Source of the DNA: Styela clava
Lineage: Eukaryota
DNA: 64,000 nt
NCBI RefSeq assembly: GCF_964204865.1
Contig: NC_135260.1
Coordinates: 6,820,001-6,884,000, forward strand
Direction of reading: 5' to 3'
Part shown: in pieces, positions 40,258 through 52,895 of the stretch
Layout of the letters: every line of letters begins with the position of its first letter
How positions within the stretch are numbered: the first letter of the stretch is position 1
Notes under the pieces: model-generated
Seen by the model: the letters and a program-made list of their open reading frames with translations, nothing else
The model's database searches: none
Told to the model about the DNA's origin: nothing
Position numbers and translations under genes: made by a program

Positions 40258-41175
40258 CTGTATATTTTTGGTAATATTAAAAAAGCACTATATTAAAAAA
40301 TCAATTTTATTGTATTAATTGCATTATTGCCAAACATATACATATTTGCTACGTTGGAATGAAATTTTAGTATAAATAACTGAAGCCATTAAGTGATTTG
40401 AACAATTTTATCAACTCTAAGCAAAAAAAAAAAAAGATTTTTTGCTCTGGAAATGCAAATAAAATTTTTATGTGCTGTGTGGTGGTGCTTACAATAATCC
40501 AATCGTGGAATTTGTCATGTCAATAACGTTATAGGATCACTGACGTAGTCAATATATTGGCTCATTCGAATTATGGTTTGGTGAAGTTAGCGACTACCAT
40601 GCACTTAACTATCAACTTAAATAGCATGGCCGATGTACATATTAATCGTAAATAAAAATATAAAAAATGTTTTGAGTCCGATTGGCGCCAGCACACCTGG
40701 TTTCAACTTTTTCACGTAAAATGACTCAAGGATTTGATAGATCATATTATAAAGCATGTTATGAAGAAGGAAGATTTTTATTTCATTTGAAATGTCACGC
40801 AATGTAAATAAGTATAGGCGTTGAAAATAGCCAATATTTCAAAATATTTGTTGTATTATTGATAGGGCTCGGAGAAATTCAGCATGAGAGAGCAATTCCG
40901 GCAAGATACGCCTGCGTAAGTGAGTTCTTTCACCTACGACTGATATGTCGGAATGAACGAAAACTGATGACACCACTTGGTTCGCCCCTTTCCCGATCAA
41001 TTAAAAACTGAATACGAGACACTAAATAGGAGAGAACTCTCTCGTTTTCACCTTGGCACGGAACGGTAAAATTAAAAAAAATGATCGTTACATGGAGAGT
41101 GTTAAGTAGAAACATGTAGGAAGATCACATACTGAAGCGGCACCCTGTATTGTATATATTGAATGGTAAAATAAT

Positions 41176-42613
41176 TATGGTGGCCCATCGTTGTAAAAAA
41201 AAAATAAGAAAAATTAAAAAAAAGAATTGAATAAAAAGAAAATAAAAAGGTTGACAACGATGGTCCGCCTCGTGGCCCATCGTTGTCACGCGTTTTTATT
41301 TTTAGAAAATTTGCTTCTGCTTGGGACCAATGTTGTCAGGCATAATCCTACGCGCACAAATGTGTTCCCTGGGTTTCCAACTCACTACTGATTTTATCGA
41401 GCAATATTCAATATGAAAATGTTCTATAAATTCTCCATGTTACAAGTTCAACAAGAAGTAATATATTTATAATAATGATAAGAGAATATAGAATTGAATA
41501 CGAAAATTCGGAAAATTTGTTTTTACGTGTAGAAGGTAATTTAATTGGAGAATGTTGCTTAACTACTCAGCTGTCTGGACACTCGCGATGCCGGTACCGT
41601 ACCGTCTTACCAAATACTGGTAGTCGGTTATAGTCGCTTTGCCTCTGACCGTACCGGTAGCCATGCAATCACTCATGAAAGAATGGGAGATACGGATAGT
41701 CTCGTAGAATATAGACTACTGAAACACTCTCTGCGCCTGCCCCATACCGTACAGTCGTAACGTACCGATCTAGACAAATGATAAATCGCCCGTGCTCAAC
41801 CATTTATTTCAATCCATACCTCGACTCACTATATTCTACTAGGATCGAGGTATGGATTTAAATAAATGGTTGAGCACGGGCGATTTATCATTTGTCTGGA
41901 TCGGTACGTTGCGGCTGTACGGTATGGGGCAGGCGCAGAGAGTGTTTCAGTAGTCTATATTCTACGAGACTATCCGTATCTCCCATTCTTTCATGAGTGA
42001 TTGCATGGGTACCGGTACGGTCAGACGGTACTGTACCGGCATCGCACGAGTGTCCAGACAACTGAGCAGTTGAGCAGCATTTTCCAATTAAATTACCTTC
42101 TACAAGTAAAAACAAATTTTCGTATTCAATTCTATATTCTCTTATCATTATTATAAATATATTGCTTGTGGTTGAACTTGTGGCATGGAGAATTTATAGA
42201 ACATTTTCATGTTGAATTTATTGAATATTGCTCATGAAAATCAGTAGTGAGTTAGAAACCCAGGAAACACATTTGTGCGTGTAGGATTAAGCCTGACAAC
42301 GTTGGTCCCAAGCAGCATCAAATTTTCTAAAAATAAAAACGCGTGACAACGATGAGCCACGAGGCGGACCATCGTTGTCAACCTTTTTATTTTCTTTTTA
42401 TCCAATTTTTTTTTTTTTTTCAAATTTTTTTTTTTCGTTTTTTTTTTTTTCGTTTTTATTTTTAATTTTTTTTTTTAATTTTAAATTTTTTTTTTCATTT
42501 CTTTTTTATCAATTATTTTTATGTTTTTTCAAAACTAGTTTTTTATTTTCGCTTTTTCATTTTATTTTTTCATTTTTTTTTAATTTTACGCGTGGCAACG
42601 ATGGGCCACCATA
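41176..42613. mobile_element. Foldback-type non-autonomous DNA transposon (IS3EU-like termini)
   Basis: Inverted arms 41176-41824 and 41845-42613 around a 20-nt spacer; termini TATGG...CCATA; 6-bp TSD AATAAT (41170-41175, 42614-42619). Confidence 0.8.
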
Positions 42614-43049
42614 AATAATGCTGTCCGCTTGATATTTATTTATTTTTTTTTTTAACTTTTTCATATAGGCTAGATGTCAGTTTGACTGATTGTATTGTGT
42701 CGAATGTAGATTCTGGCAAAATTGCAAATGACCAACTTCAGATACTGTCAGACTGCTCAGCACATCCGAGTAAAATTATTGGATAAAACATACGTTGAAC
42801 TAGAGCTGAATGGATGTTTGACCTTTGACCCAACACTATTATGTTTATATTTTGTCATTAATTTTGAGAGTGTTTTTGGGACTTTAAAAACTGTTCAGTA
42901 CATCCGAATAAAATTATTGGATAAAAATTATTTCTATACTCTATTATTAATTTTGAGAGAGTTTTTTGAGAGTGAAAGTAGCACGTCAAAACGACAGCCC
43001 CAAAAAACATAAAGCGAGGCAACTGTCAGGCTATGGACGCCATCTGGAG

Positions 43050-43285
43050 TAGGGTCACCATATTTGAAAAAGCATAATTCCGGACAGTGCATGGCTATTT
43101 TCATGACCTCGTAGTAAAAATATGCGCACGGTACGAAATAACAATGTTCTGTATTAGCAGTGTGCACAGTACGATTGCAGATGCAGTAAAATTCCGGATT
43201 CCGGACATTTGAGCATTTTTTAAATTTTTCCCGGACGCTAAATTTAACCCGGACGGAAATATTCCCGGACGGTATGGCAACCCTA
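43050..43285. mobile_element. hAT MITE (TAGGG termini)
   Basis: TIR tagggtcaccata/tatggcaacccta, TSD ATCTGGAG; empty site ATCTTGAG at 45101-45108 in the duplicate. Confidence 0.9.
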
Positions 43286-43456
43286 ATCTGGAGCCAATTA
43301 TTTTACTCTGTTCTATATTAAGGCGCCTTGCAGGGATAAAGAAAATCATTTTTCAAGAATAATCTTAGGCGAACACGTTGATATCTTATCTTATAATCAA
43401 GCAAATACATTTAGTGATTTTGCGATTCGTCTTCCCATCTCACTTCAAACAAAGCG

Positions 43457-44101
43457 CTAGACAAGACAATTACTAATACATAAGGATCTACTTTGCTCGA
43501 AATCATCGCAATTTTTCCTGTTCTGGACTTCAGGTGCTGGGGAATTTCTAATTGGGATATTTGACTCGTCCTAAAAAGCGTTTAAGGGAGAAATATTGTC
43601 CGAGTGAAAAACGAGAAAGAGAAGGCCGTACCAACCTGTACTGTGTTCAACTTTTGTAGTTTGTGGGAGCACAGTGGAAAGAAAGGCTTCCTTAGTTGAC
43701 CACGGGGATGTAGCAGGAACGGTTGAAGCTTGGGCCGAAGAAGTTTCCTTGTCTTTGTATCCTGTGTGAAAAAGCTAGTTTATATTTCAAGTTTAAAGCA
43801 AGATTGATAGTTTTGGGTACTTTAATGGAAGAATGAGACAGTGGATGAAAGTGCAAATTTTTCCTTTTTTCATCGTTTTCGCATAATCGCCGTATTAATA
43901 ATTACTATGACTGAGGAAGACTTTTTGGATATCTATTCTAATGCATGCGATGGCGAAAGACTTAGATTTTCTTACCCTGGAGAGTGGTCGTTTCTTTGAC
44001 ACCATCAACAGAGGGCGGCACTGAGTTCGTGTTTAAATCTTCCGAAGTTTTTCGTAATTGATAGAGCATATTTTTCGTCTCGTCTACTTGTTCTGTTAAA
44101 G
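43457..44101 (-). other. Duplicated 3' exons of the Ser/Thr-rich gene (alternative exons or partial pseudogene)
   Basis: Open exons 44101-43976, 43761-43636, 43536-43457 with retained splice sites; upstream exons not duplicated. Confidence 0.55.
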
Positions 44102-44621
44102 CTGCGAAAAATAAATATAAAAATATATTAAATTGAGCCTTCGGTTTCACAATCCATTATCAGTGAATTTTTTGTTGGAAGATATGTACCCCTCTCTTTC
44201 CTTGGTCGTTGTACAATTTTTCTGGCTTTTTTATGTTTTGATATGGCTTTTTTTGGATTGCTGGGATCTGGCAATCCTGGTACGGTACCCGGACGAGAGG
44301 CCGTGGTTAAGCCGGCTTTCCTCTCCCCGAGGATAAATATGTAAAACCTATCCTATTTTGGTTGTGGCAGCATTAGGCGGGCAAGATTAAATTACCCAAC
44401 AGGTCTGATTTGGCCCGCAAGCCGTAGGTCGCCCATTGCCTGATTGTGCAGATGTCAGATTAAGATCCTGGACGGGGAAAACTACAACCCGTCACAGCCT
44501 TTCGTGTGGTCAATCAGGTCTTGAAGAAAGTTGTGAAAACTACTTACAGAAATTAGATTTATTCTTAAACTTAAATTAAAAGCCCGGAAAATTGCAAATG
44601 ACCAACTTCAGATACTGTCAG

Positions 44622-45030
44622 ACTGCTCAGTACATCCGAGTAAAATTATTGATTGAAAAATACGTTGCATTAGAGCAGAATGGACGTTTGACCTTTGACC
44701 CCCAACCATTATGTTTATACTTTGTCATTAATTTTGAGAGTGTTTTTGTGACTTTAAATGCTGTTCAGTACATCCGAGTAAAATTATTGGATGAAAAATA
44801 CGTTGAATCAGAGCATAATGCACGTTTGACCTTTGACCCCAAACATTATTACTATACTTTGTCATTAATTTTGAGTGTTTTTTTGACTTTAGATACCGGT
44901 ACTGTTCAGTACACCTGAGTAAAATTATTAGATAAAAAATACGTTGAACTGGTGCAGAATAGACGTTTGACCTTTGACCCCAAAACTATTTCTATACTTT
45001 TTTTTATTAATTTTGAGAGAGTTTTTGAGA
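44622..45030. repeat. ~140-bp minisatellite, 3 units (about 1.5 units at 42752-42970)
   Basis: Unit ctg(c/t)tcagtacatccgagtaaaattatt...tgacctttgaccc...ttaattttgaga. Confidence 0.85.
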
Positions 45031-45269
45031 GTGAGAGTAGCACGTCAAAACGACAGCCCCAAAGGGCATAAAGCGAGGCAACTGTCAGACTATGGACGCC
45101 ATCTTGAGTCAATTTTACTCTGTCCTATATTGGGGCGCCTTGCAGGGATAAAGAAAATCATTTTTCCAAGAATAATCTTAGGCGAACACGTTGATATCTT
45201 ATCTTATAATCAAGCAAATACATTTAGTGATTTTGCGATTCGTCTTCCCATCTCACTTCAAACAAAGCG

Positions 45270-46584
45270 CTAGACAAGACAATTACTAATACATAAGGAT
45301 CTACTTTGCTCGAAACCATCGCAATTTTTCCTGTTCTGGACTTCAGGTGCTGGGGAATTCCTAATTAAGATATTTGACTCGTCCTAAAAAGCGTTTAGGG
45401 GAGAAATATTGTCCGAGTGAAAAACGAGAAAGAGAAGGCCATACCAACCTGTACTGTGCTCGACTTTTGTAGTTTGTGGGAGCACAGTAGAAAGAAAGGC
45501 TTCCTTAGTTGACCACGGGGATGTGGCAGGGACGGTTGAAGCTTGGGCCGAAGAAGTTTCCTTGTCTTTGTATCCTGTGTGAAAAAGCTAGTTTATATTA
45601 CAAGTTTAAAGCAAGATTTATAGTTTTAGTTACTTTAAGGAGAGAATGAGACAGTGAATGGCAATGCATAATTTTTCTTTTTCATCGTTTTCGCATAATC
45701 GCCGTATTAATAATTACTATGACTGAGGAGGGCTTTTTGGATATCTAATCTAATACATGCGATGGCCAAAGAATTAGATTTTCTTACCCAGGGGAGTGGT
45801 CGTTTCTTTGACACCAACAACAGAGGGCGGCACAGAGTTCGTATTGGAATCTTCCAACGTTTTTCGTAATTGATTGAACATATTTGTGGTCTCGTCTACT
45901 TGTTCTGTTAAAGCTGCAAAAAATAAATATAAAAAGATATTAAATTGAGCCCTCAGTTTCACAATCCATTATCAGTGAGTTTTTTTGTTGGAAGATGTAC
46001 CCCTCTCTCTCTGATTAAAAATAAGGATATGAGATTGGTATTGCTAAACTACACGTCATAATTTAATTGTTAAAAATGGCGCGATAAAAATATAAAATGA
46101 TTGAAATTTTTCTAATAAAACGATTGTTTGGGGGCAATTTTGCTATCAGACTGTTTGACAAATATGGAAAAACTGGCAAACGTATTTCGATGAAAACCAT
46201 ATTGTGACACGAACCGTCCAAAGCTTCCTTTTCTTCCTTTGTGCACTGTCGTATCTGAAATAGAACAAGGGAGAAATGTTTAAATATATGGACATGGAGG
46301 CTTTAGCTGCTGGGTAAGTGTTCCCGTGAAAAAGTGTTCCCATGAATTAAATGGAAAACTTAAAATCTGGGATGAGGTAACGATTAAAGTAAGTTTCAAA
46401 CCTCCGGTACTCATAGATCGATGAAAAAAATTGCTAAAAAATTCAAGTTCCTCATTTTATTTTCAGATTTCAAACAGAACAGTTCAATTCCTGCAAATAT
46501 TACCTCCAATATAAAAATTACTACTAACGCTATCACCTTATTAACATCTTTCCAAGTGGGTTTCCCATCGCAAACCATGGCCAT
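45270..46584 (-). CDS. Uncharacterised ~148-aa Ser/Thr-rich protein (putative)
   Basis: Candidate exons 46584-46537, 46254-46198, 46010-46001 (10-nt microexon), 45913-45788, 45574-45449, 45349-45270 join in frame (447 nt): MAMVCDGKPTW...KETTTPLGYKDKETSSAQASTVPATSPWST...CISNCLV*. The start codon and terminal acceptor are uncertain. Confidence 0.5.
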
Positions 46585-47824
46585 CCTGCAATCCTCTCCT
46601 GCAAGAGAATATTGAAATTAAAAATAGAGCAGAATGACCGTTTTAGACTAAGTTTATAACAGATAAACGAAAGTTGTATTACTGAATTTTCCCATATCGA
46701 GACTAAATCAGTACCTATTACCTTAGGGCGCGCATTCGCTCATTCTCTATTTAATTTCATACTGCTACCCACGTCATGCGAACGCACTATTTTCCTCGAT
46801 GATGATTGGTCGAATCAAATTTGAATTATAACGCCCGCCATTGGGGAACCTTACAATGTTTAGCGGTCTTGGGGGCATGGGCGAAGTTCTGACCGATTAC
46901 CGCGATTCAATTTCTGGTTTCTGAATTCGTTTCAATTTTTTTGCAAGCAATAAACTCAGGAAGGTTGAATTCCACAAAGTTTGATGCTTCCTTTATACGC
47001 TTTCCTACCCAAACAAGGCTCAATCTCTCATATCGTCATGTACACTGATCGGTTCAGAAGTGAAAAAAGCGAGCGATCACTTATACGTAATTAACTGCTG
47101 TATTTTGAATAGGCAGTCATCTTGTTGATTCGGCATTGCTTACTCAATTTACATCACTCCGGGTGAAGTCGTGGGTATGAAGTTAAAATGAGATTTTCAC
47201 TCCGCAATGCCAAAATATCCGAGTCAAACGCTCCACCAATGGGCCACCACGCCCGCTAATCGCGATTTTTCACTTCTGAATATTTGAGTGTATATGACAA
47301 TATTTAAAATTTAAGTTTAAAAAACAAAACGTTTCAAATGATGAAATCCTCTCATCTTTTACAATTTAAAAGCGACTCAAAAATAAGTAACAGTTCAAAG
47401 TTGAATGATGAGGCCCCCAAGATTCGAGGCCCCTAGGCTTCAGCCTATTTTGCCCGGTAAACCCAACCTTGTTGACGGTACAGCAAAGCATCCAATACGT
47501 GACACAATAAACGAGGTATTCGAGAAAAAATCTATCATATAAAAAATCATTATTTGATATTCAAATGTCGATTTAACCTTCATCGAGAAACCGAGGTTCG
47601 ACATATTATTACATCGTCATAGTGGCCTCCCCTACGCCGGAATAAATAAATATTTCTTTTGATACAAATATGACAGCTGTGACGCGAGAAAACAGATTTG
47701 AAATATGTCAAAAGAACTGTTTCAATTCACGGTCACGTTACATTTCTGGTTTATATACTAGGAAGAGTACGAAGCGTTGAAGCTGTATAAATATCAATGG
47801 CCTGATTTTGGGGATTCTTTATAT

Positions 47825-48143
47825 CAAGAGTGTGCAACCTTGGACCCACGGCCCAAATGAGGCCCACAAGGAAAAATTGTTTTGCTCGCGGAGAAGTGCT
47901 AATTTTGAATTTGAATGTTCACTGTGCAGCCCAAGAAACGAATTTTAATTTAACGGTTTTTAAATTTAGTACGTGGGTGTAATTCCAATCCCATTGCTTT
48001 GCAAATGGTATTCCTGAGTCCAATCAATTTATTATCTATGTCTATAATATCCAGCTTGTTCAAAGCAAACAGCCCGGTGCGGCCCGCGGTTTCACCCTGT
48101 TATTTGTATTTTGCCCTCCTGTATGAAAGGTTGCACACCCCTG
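47825..48143. mobile_element. hAT MITE
   Basis: TIR caagagtgtgcaacctt/aggttgcacacccctg, perfect TSD CTTTATAT; related copies at ~52100-52397, ~57750-58095 and ~63800-64000. Confidence 0.85.
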
Positions 48144-51100
48144 CTTTATATAATATCTAAAGAACTAACCCTATGTACAAATCACCAAATTTCATAGTTT
48201 AAAATCGCCGGGGAGATTCTTAAATATTTATTTTATTTTTTTTGCTTTAGTGAAACCAGCAATTGATAATAGCCTATTAAAAAACAGCGCTAACATTATG
48301 AAATTTTGGCACAAAATTTTTATTTATGCACAAATATGCACTGTGCAGCTTCATTTAGAGCAGCACAATTATCCTGCCTGATTTATTGATGCAAAACTAC
48401 TACGTAAAGTAAGGATTACCTCGCCAGCGGCGTAGCAAATATCTAAAGAAAATTAATTATAGTATAGTGCGCCCCCAAAAAGCAAAACCCAGGCAAACAA
48501 GCAAACCCAACAAAGCGTACACGGTTATACTGACCTTTAATCAATAAACAAGCCTCCATTAACAGTATTAGTCTGATGAAACTGTGTTGAATCGGAAACT
48601 TCATTTCGAATCCAAGAATTTCGTCAACTTTTCTTCAATGAAAGTCGATTCCCGAACAACGTAGGTTAGAATGAAGCATCGGACTATTCGCATCGGAATA
48701 TATCCTATTCAAACTCACTCAGTACACGGAAAAGAGTAGCCAATGTTATTTAAACTTCCTGTGTAATTCCAGCTATCGTTGAACTAAATTTCCGTTGTAT
48801 TGTTCATGAGTAACACCATGATTTCAAAGTGTCGCTTTCCCGAAATACATTAGTGATTTTATGAGATCATTATCGTTTAAAAAAATCGCGGAAGTTCACG
48901 TCAATCATTCACTTTCTTTCCGAACAGCGCAACGCGAATTTAACACTAAATATATCAGTAAGATATTCTGTTTATAATTTCAATTAAAGCCCTCGTTATA
49001 TTTTCAAATATTGGCATATCCCACGTAGAAATGCATTGTAATATCGCGATTCTTGAACATGAAATACGTTAGATTTTTCTCCTTCGAAAATATGCAAGGT
49101 TCACGCTATATCACGTGATTTGTAACTCAAAGAGTCGGAATCGCAGACTTTCAATGACAATAAAATGAATGAAAACTTCCTACTTAATCTCAAAAAACAA
49201 TAATTTTTCCTCCTCGGAATTGCCTCCCCAATTTATCCCACTCTGGATTAGAAAAACAACACTCCAACCACTCGGCCATCGCGCTACCCCCATTCAAATA
49301 AATATTTACCATAAGTCGAAAAATTGCCGCATAATTTTGGTGCTATGAATTTAAATTATATTGGCTTCGTGACGAATCAAGCAAGCGCTGTCATACAACA
49401 TTTATGTGAGAAATCTTCTTTGTGTGCGAATTATCGTGTCAATTTTATCCCAATTCAAACTTTCTACCACTTAAAAAGATTATAAGCGACCTTTCATAGC
49501 AGTGGTAAATAAAAGGGGGGATTGAAAGTCAAAATACTATAAAAACCTATCATAATTAGAATTAAATTTTGCCGAAGTTACAACCCATCACTTGCCGGGG
49601 TGTTTGAAATTTTAAGGGGGCGTTCACCCTATAAGAGAGTAGTGCGGGAAAATCACTGCGCTCAATCAGACATTGAACAGCTATAGTTGCCAATAAATAA
49701 AGGCAGCCGTCACATAAAATGAATACAATGAAGTAAGTTGTTATTTCTTTTTCCAAGAAATGAGCTTTACTGGATGCATTGTGGGTAAACCTAGCAATCT
49801 AAGTAAATTTCTGAAGAGTTAAGAACCGCAGCTATAAACTGATATAGTTGGATTCGGGTTAGATTCCCTCCTTGTATTCCCACACAAGATAGATTTCCCA
49901 CAAAAATATTGTTCGCGTGTGTTGGATACATGTTTCATCCGGCCCACTTGCGAATGCTTAAAATACAGGTATAGTTTTTATTGATATGATTTTTCCGTTG
50001 AAAATATCGATGAAAATTGCGTCATAATAATCCCGATTGTTACATTATGCTTATTATATAAACGTTAGCCTAGCTGTTGTAAATGAACTGTTTTTTATGC
50101 ATAGTTTTTTCTATCGAGTTTTCAGCCTCTGGTCCAGTAACTAAGTCCATAACTCGTAATTAGCCCACTCGGAAAAGTAATTGCCGACCCCTGGTCAACC
50201 AATCAATTTTGAAATCGGAGTACCGAATGACGTTGCAATATTTCTGACATACCAAGAATATCCAAAATTAAAAAAAAAGTTCGTGTAAGAATGAGCGGAA
50301 ATGTTGCATGATCACTCATATTTCTAGCTTCCGTGTGTGTGATCATTGCCTGATTCATCATTGAGTAATTACCATGAATGCTATTAAACTTTATTCCAAC
50401 TTTTAGAATCCACGCTCTCAACGCATGATAGCTGTTAACAAAAAAAGGAAATTTACCACACAACTTACGGTTAGAGTTGTCTTTGACACAGCTATTTTGG
50501 GGGTCAAGTGGTCAAAGGGGGATTCAAGTGGTTGTTACCTTTTAATATTTATCACGTGGGAGTAGAATGCCAATGAGACAGTTTAGTCATATAGTGAACC
50601 CTCAGTGGCCTCAATACCCGTTCATGTTGGATTCAGAAATAGTTGAGCAGTTATTTATTTCAGATACACAGACTAGATGGTGAGGAAGCCGTAATCGAAC
50701 AGCGGTTACGTGATAGTGAGGGGTCCAGCAATCCTCTCGCACATGATCATCCCTTATTGGAACCACCAAACACCTCGGAGTTTGGAAAGTGCGATTACAA
50801 AGATACTCAAACTTAGCACGAAGCACCAACCACCGAACACCCTGAAGCTTGGAGAATTATCAACGACTAAACAGCGCTACGTGAACTTTCGAACTCTTCA
50901 TAACGGAGAAAGTGTCATAGTTTCCTTCCCATATTCAGTAAAATATATGTTTGAATTCGTCAGCTTTTTTTTCAAAGTTATGTTTACAAAATAACAGCAG
51001 ATTGATTGATTAATGAATTCCACCAAATTCGAGATACAGAAGAGTAATTATTAAGTTTTCTGACATATAGGCAGCATTTTTTGTAATACTGTTTAGACAG

Positions 51101-52029
51101 GTTGCAAGAATCCACCCGGCTAGGATTATCTTGTTTGGCCATAACATGAATATTTAGTTATCAGGCATAGTTGACCTAGGCTAATAGATTGCTCATTCGA
51201 TTTTTAGTTTTCCATGATGCCAATATTGTTAGCATATATTCCCGACCAAAACGATAGAAAGCCAGTTAACAATTTAAACTCGCCAGACACATTATTCAAC
51301 TTCGTCAGTTGACTCAGCTGACAATAACACTAGTCAATTCGGCGACACAAGTTATGTAACAATATGTAAAAAGATTTTTCTGGTTATTTTCATGACGAAA
51401 CAACACCAAATGCGACTTTTTGTTTACCTAGCCGCAAATGCGACGCGGGCCACAGACAATGAAGCGACGAGCCACATGTAGCCCGCCAGCCTGGGTTTGG
51501 ACCACCCTGAACTAAAGTGTGTACATGGCTAAGTGCTATGGTTATTTATGTTATTATTAACATTTCTCGCATTCAGCTGTTTATGATCGAAAAAAGATGT
51601 AATGATTATGACTAAATAGACAACAGTGCGATACAGTTTAGCACAAAATAAGTAATTTATTGGTAATTTTTGAAAATTTGAAATGTGAGTGAGGGAAAGT
51701 TTTTTGCGTCGACGTTTGTGTTGCACAATTGCAGATTTTTTGAAATATGTATCCATTATTTTATCAACAAACGCTAAAAGTTTGAGGTTGTTCACAGCAA
51801 ACTGCATTTCGTGCAAGATTTATTGACTTTAAATTTTTTGCAATTAAAAATTCCGAAACCTTTACAAAAAATAAAAGTGGAGTGCTTCTCAGTGCTAAGA
51901 AAACGGAGACGCAACGTTCTCAATTCTAGAATAAATATCAGATTATGAAAGAGGTAATTGCGTTTGTAAACCTGAGAAATCAAAAATTAATTCGAACTGA
52001 TACATATAAAATATAAATGTTTGAATATA

Positions 52030-52895
52030 TCTCCATTACTACTGCCGGAGACAAAGTTAGACAAAAATCGTTCCACAATGCCGAATAACCTTCATCATAT
52101 AATGTTTAAAAACTCGCCCTTTATGCAGTAGTTGCTCAAAAGTTTTGGTTACTGATCTTGTGACATGCGTTGTTTGCAAAAGCTAGCTGTTAAGTAATTG
52201 TAAATTGTAAAGACATAGATAATAAATTAGACTCGGGCGTATAGGCTTCGAAACGCAAAGAGATGAAAAATGACTCGCACATACTAAATTAATTCAAAAA
52301 CTCGTATCGGGGGACGCACATCATCCAAACTGGCACTTCTCCGCGGGTCGCACAATTTTTCCTTGAGGGCCGCATTTGGCCCGCGGCACACTCCTGCAGT
52401 AGATAATCGGAAATATATAGATCACAGAATTCATTGCAACACTGGCACTAGGTCAAAAATTTTCAGTATCCAAGCCGCCTATTCGTCGCAGTAGTAGGTA
52501 AAAATGTTCAGAAAAATCACTCGTGGCAGCATTATATCACTCAAACCATATATTCGGGGATATGGTATACGCATGTCCAAGACAACAATTTGCGAAATAG
52601 ATACCATTACTATTTTGATTATTTTTGTTATGCGATTGTTATGTGCGATTCACTGTTCAAAATAACTTTTAACTTATATAAGAATATAATATAATATTTA
52701 TGTTTCACGCATCAGAAGAAAGAGAACCAGCTTGAATATTTGTCAGCGATTGACGAAGTGTGCCGCTATCTTTGCTATAAGCCATAATCATATCATTTTT
52801 TAAAACTGCTATTTTTAGCATATATGAGAAGAAAATGGGTGTCCTGAAATCATAAGATAGAAACTTTGAACCTCTTAAATCTTTACGATAGCTGA
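52030..52895 (+). repeat. Inverted paralogous copy of ficolin-like intron 1
   Basis: Reverse complement of ~56600-58240, lacking the 56853-57486 MITE. Confidence 0.8.

Larger units (their letters stand above)
42718..46007. repeat. Tandem segmental duplication (~42718-44198 and ~44588-46007)
   Basis: Collinear high-identity copies, including a ~140-bp minisatellite and three exons of the Ser/Thr-rich gene. Confidence 0.92.

Noticed and set aside
42375-42614. Phe-rich 79-aa ORF
   Set aside because: Translation of the T-rich tract in the foldback arm.
44622-45030. CRISPR-like repeat array
   Set aside because: Eukaryotic context; whole units repeat with no unique spacers and there are no cas genes.
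48420-48582. Possible small upstream exons for the Ser/Thr-rich gene
   Set aside because: Joining them puts downstream exons in a frame that terminates early; unsupported.
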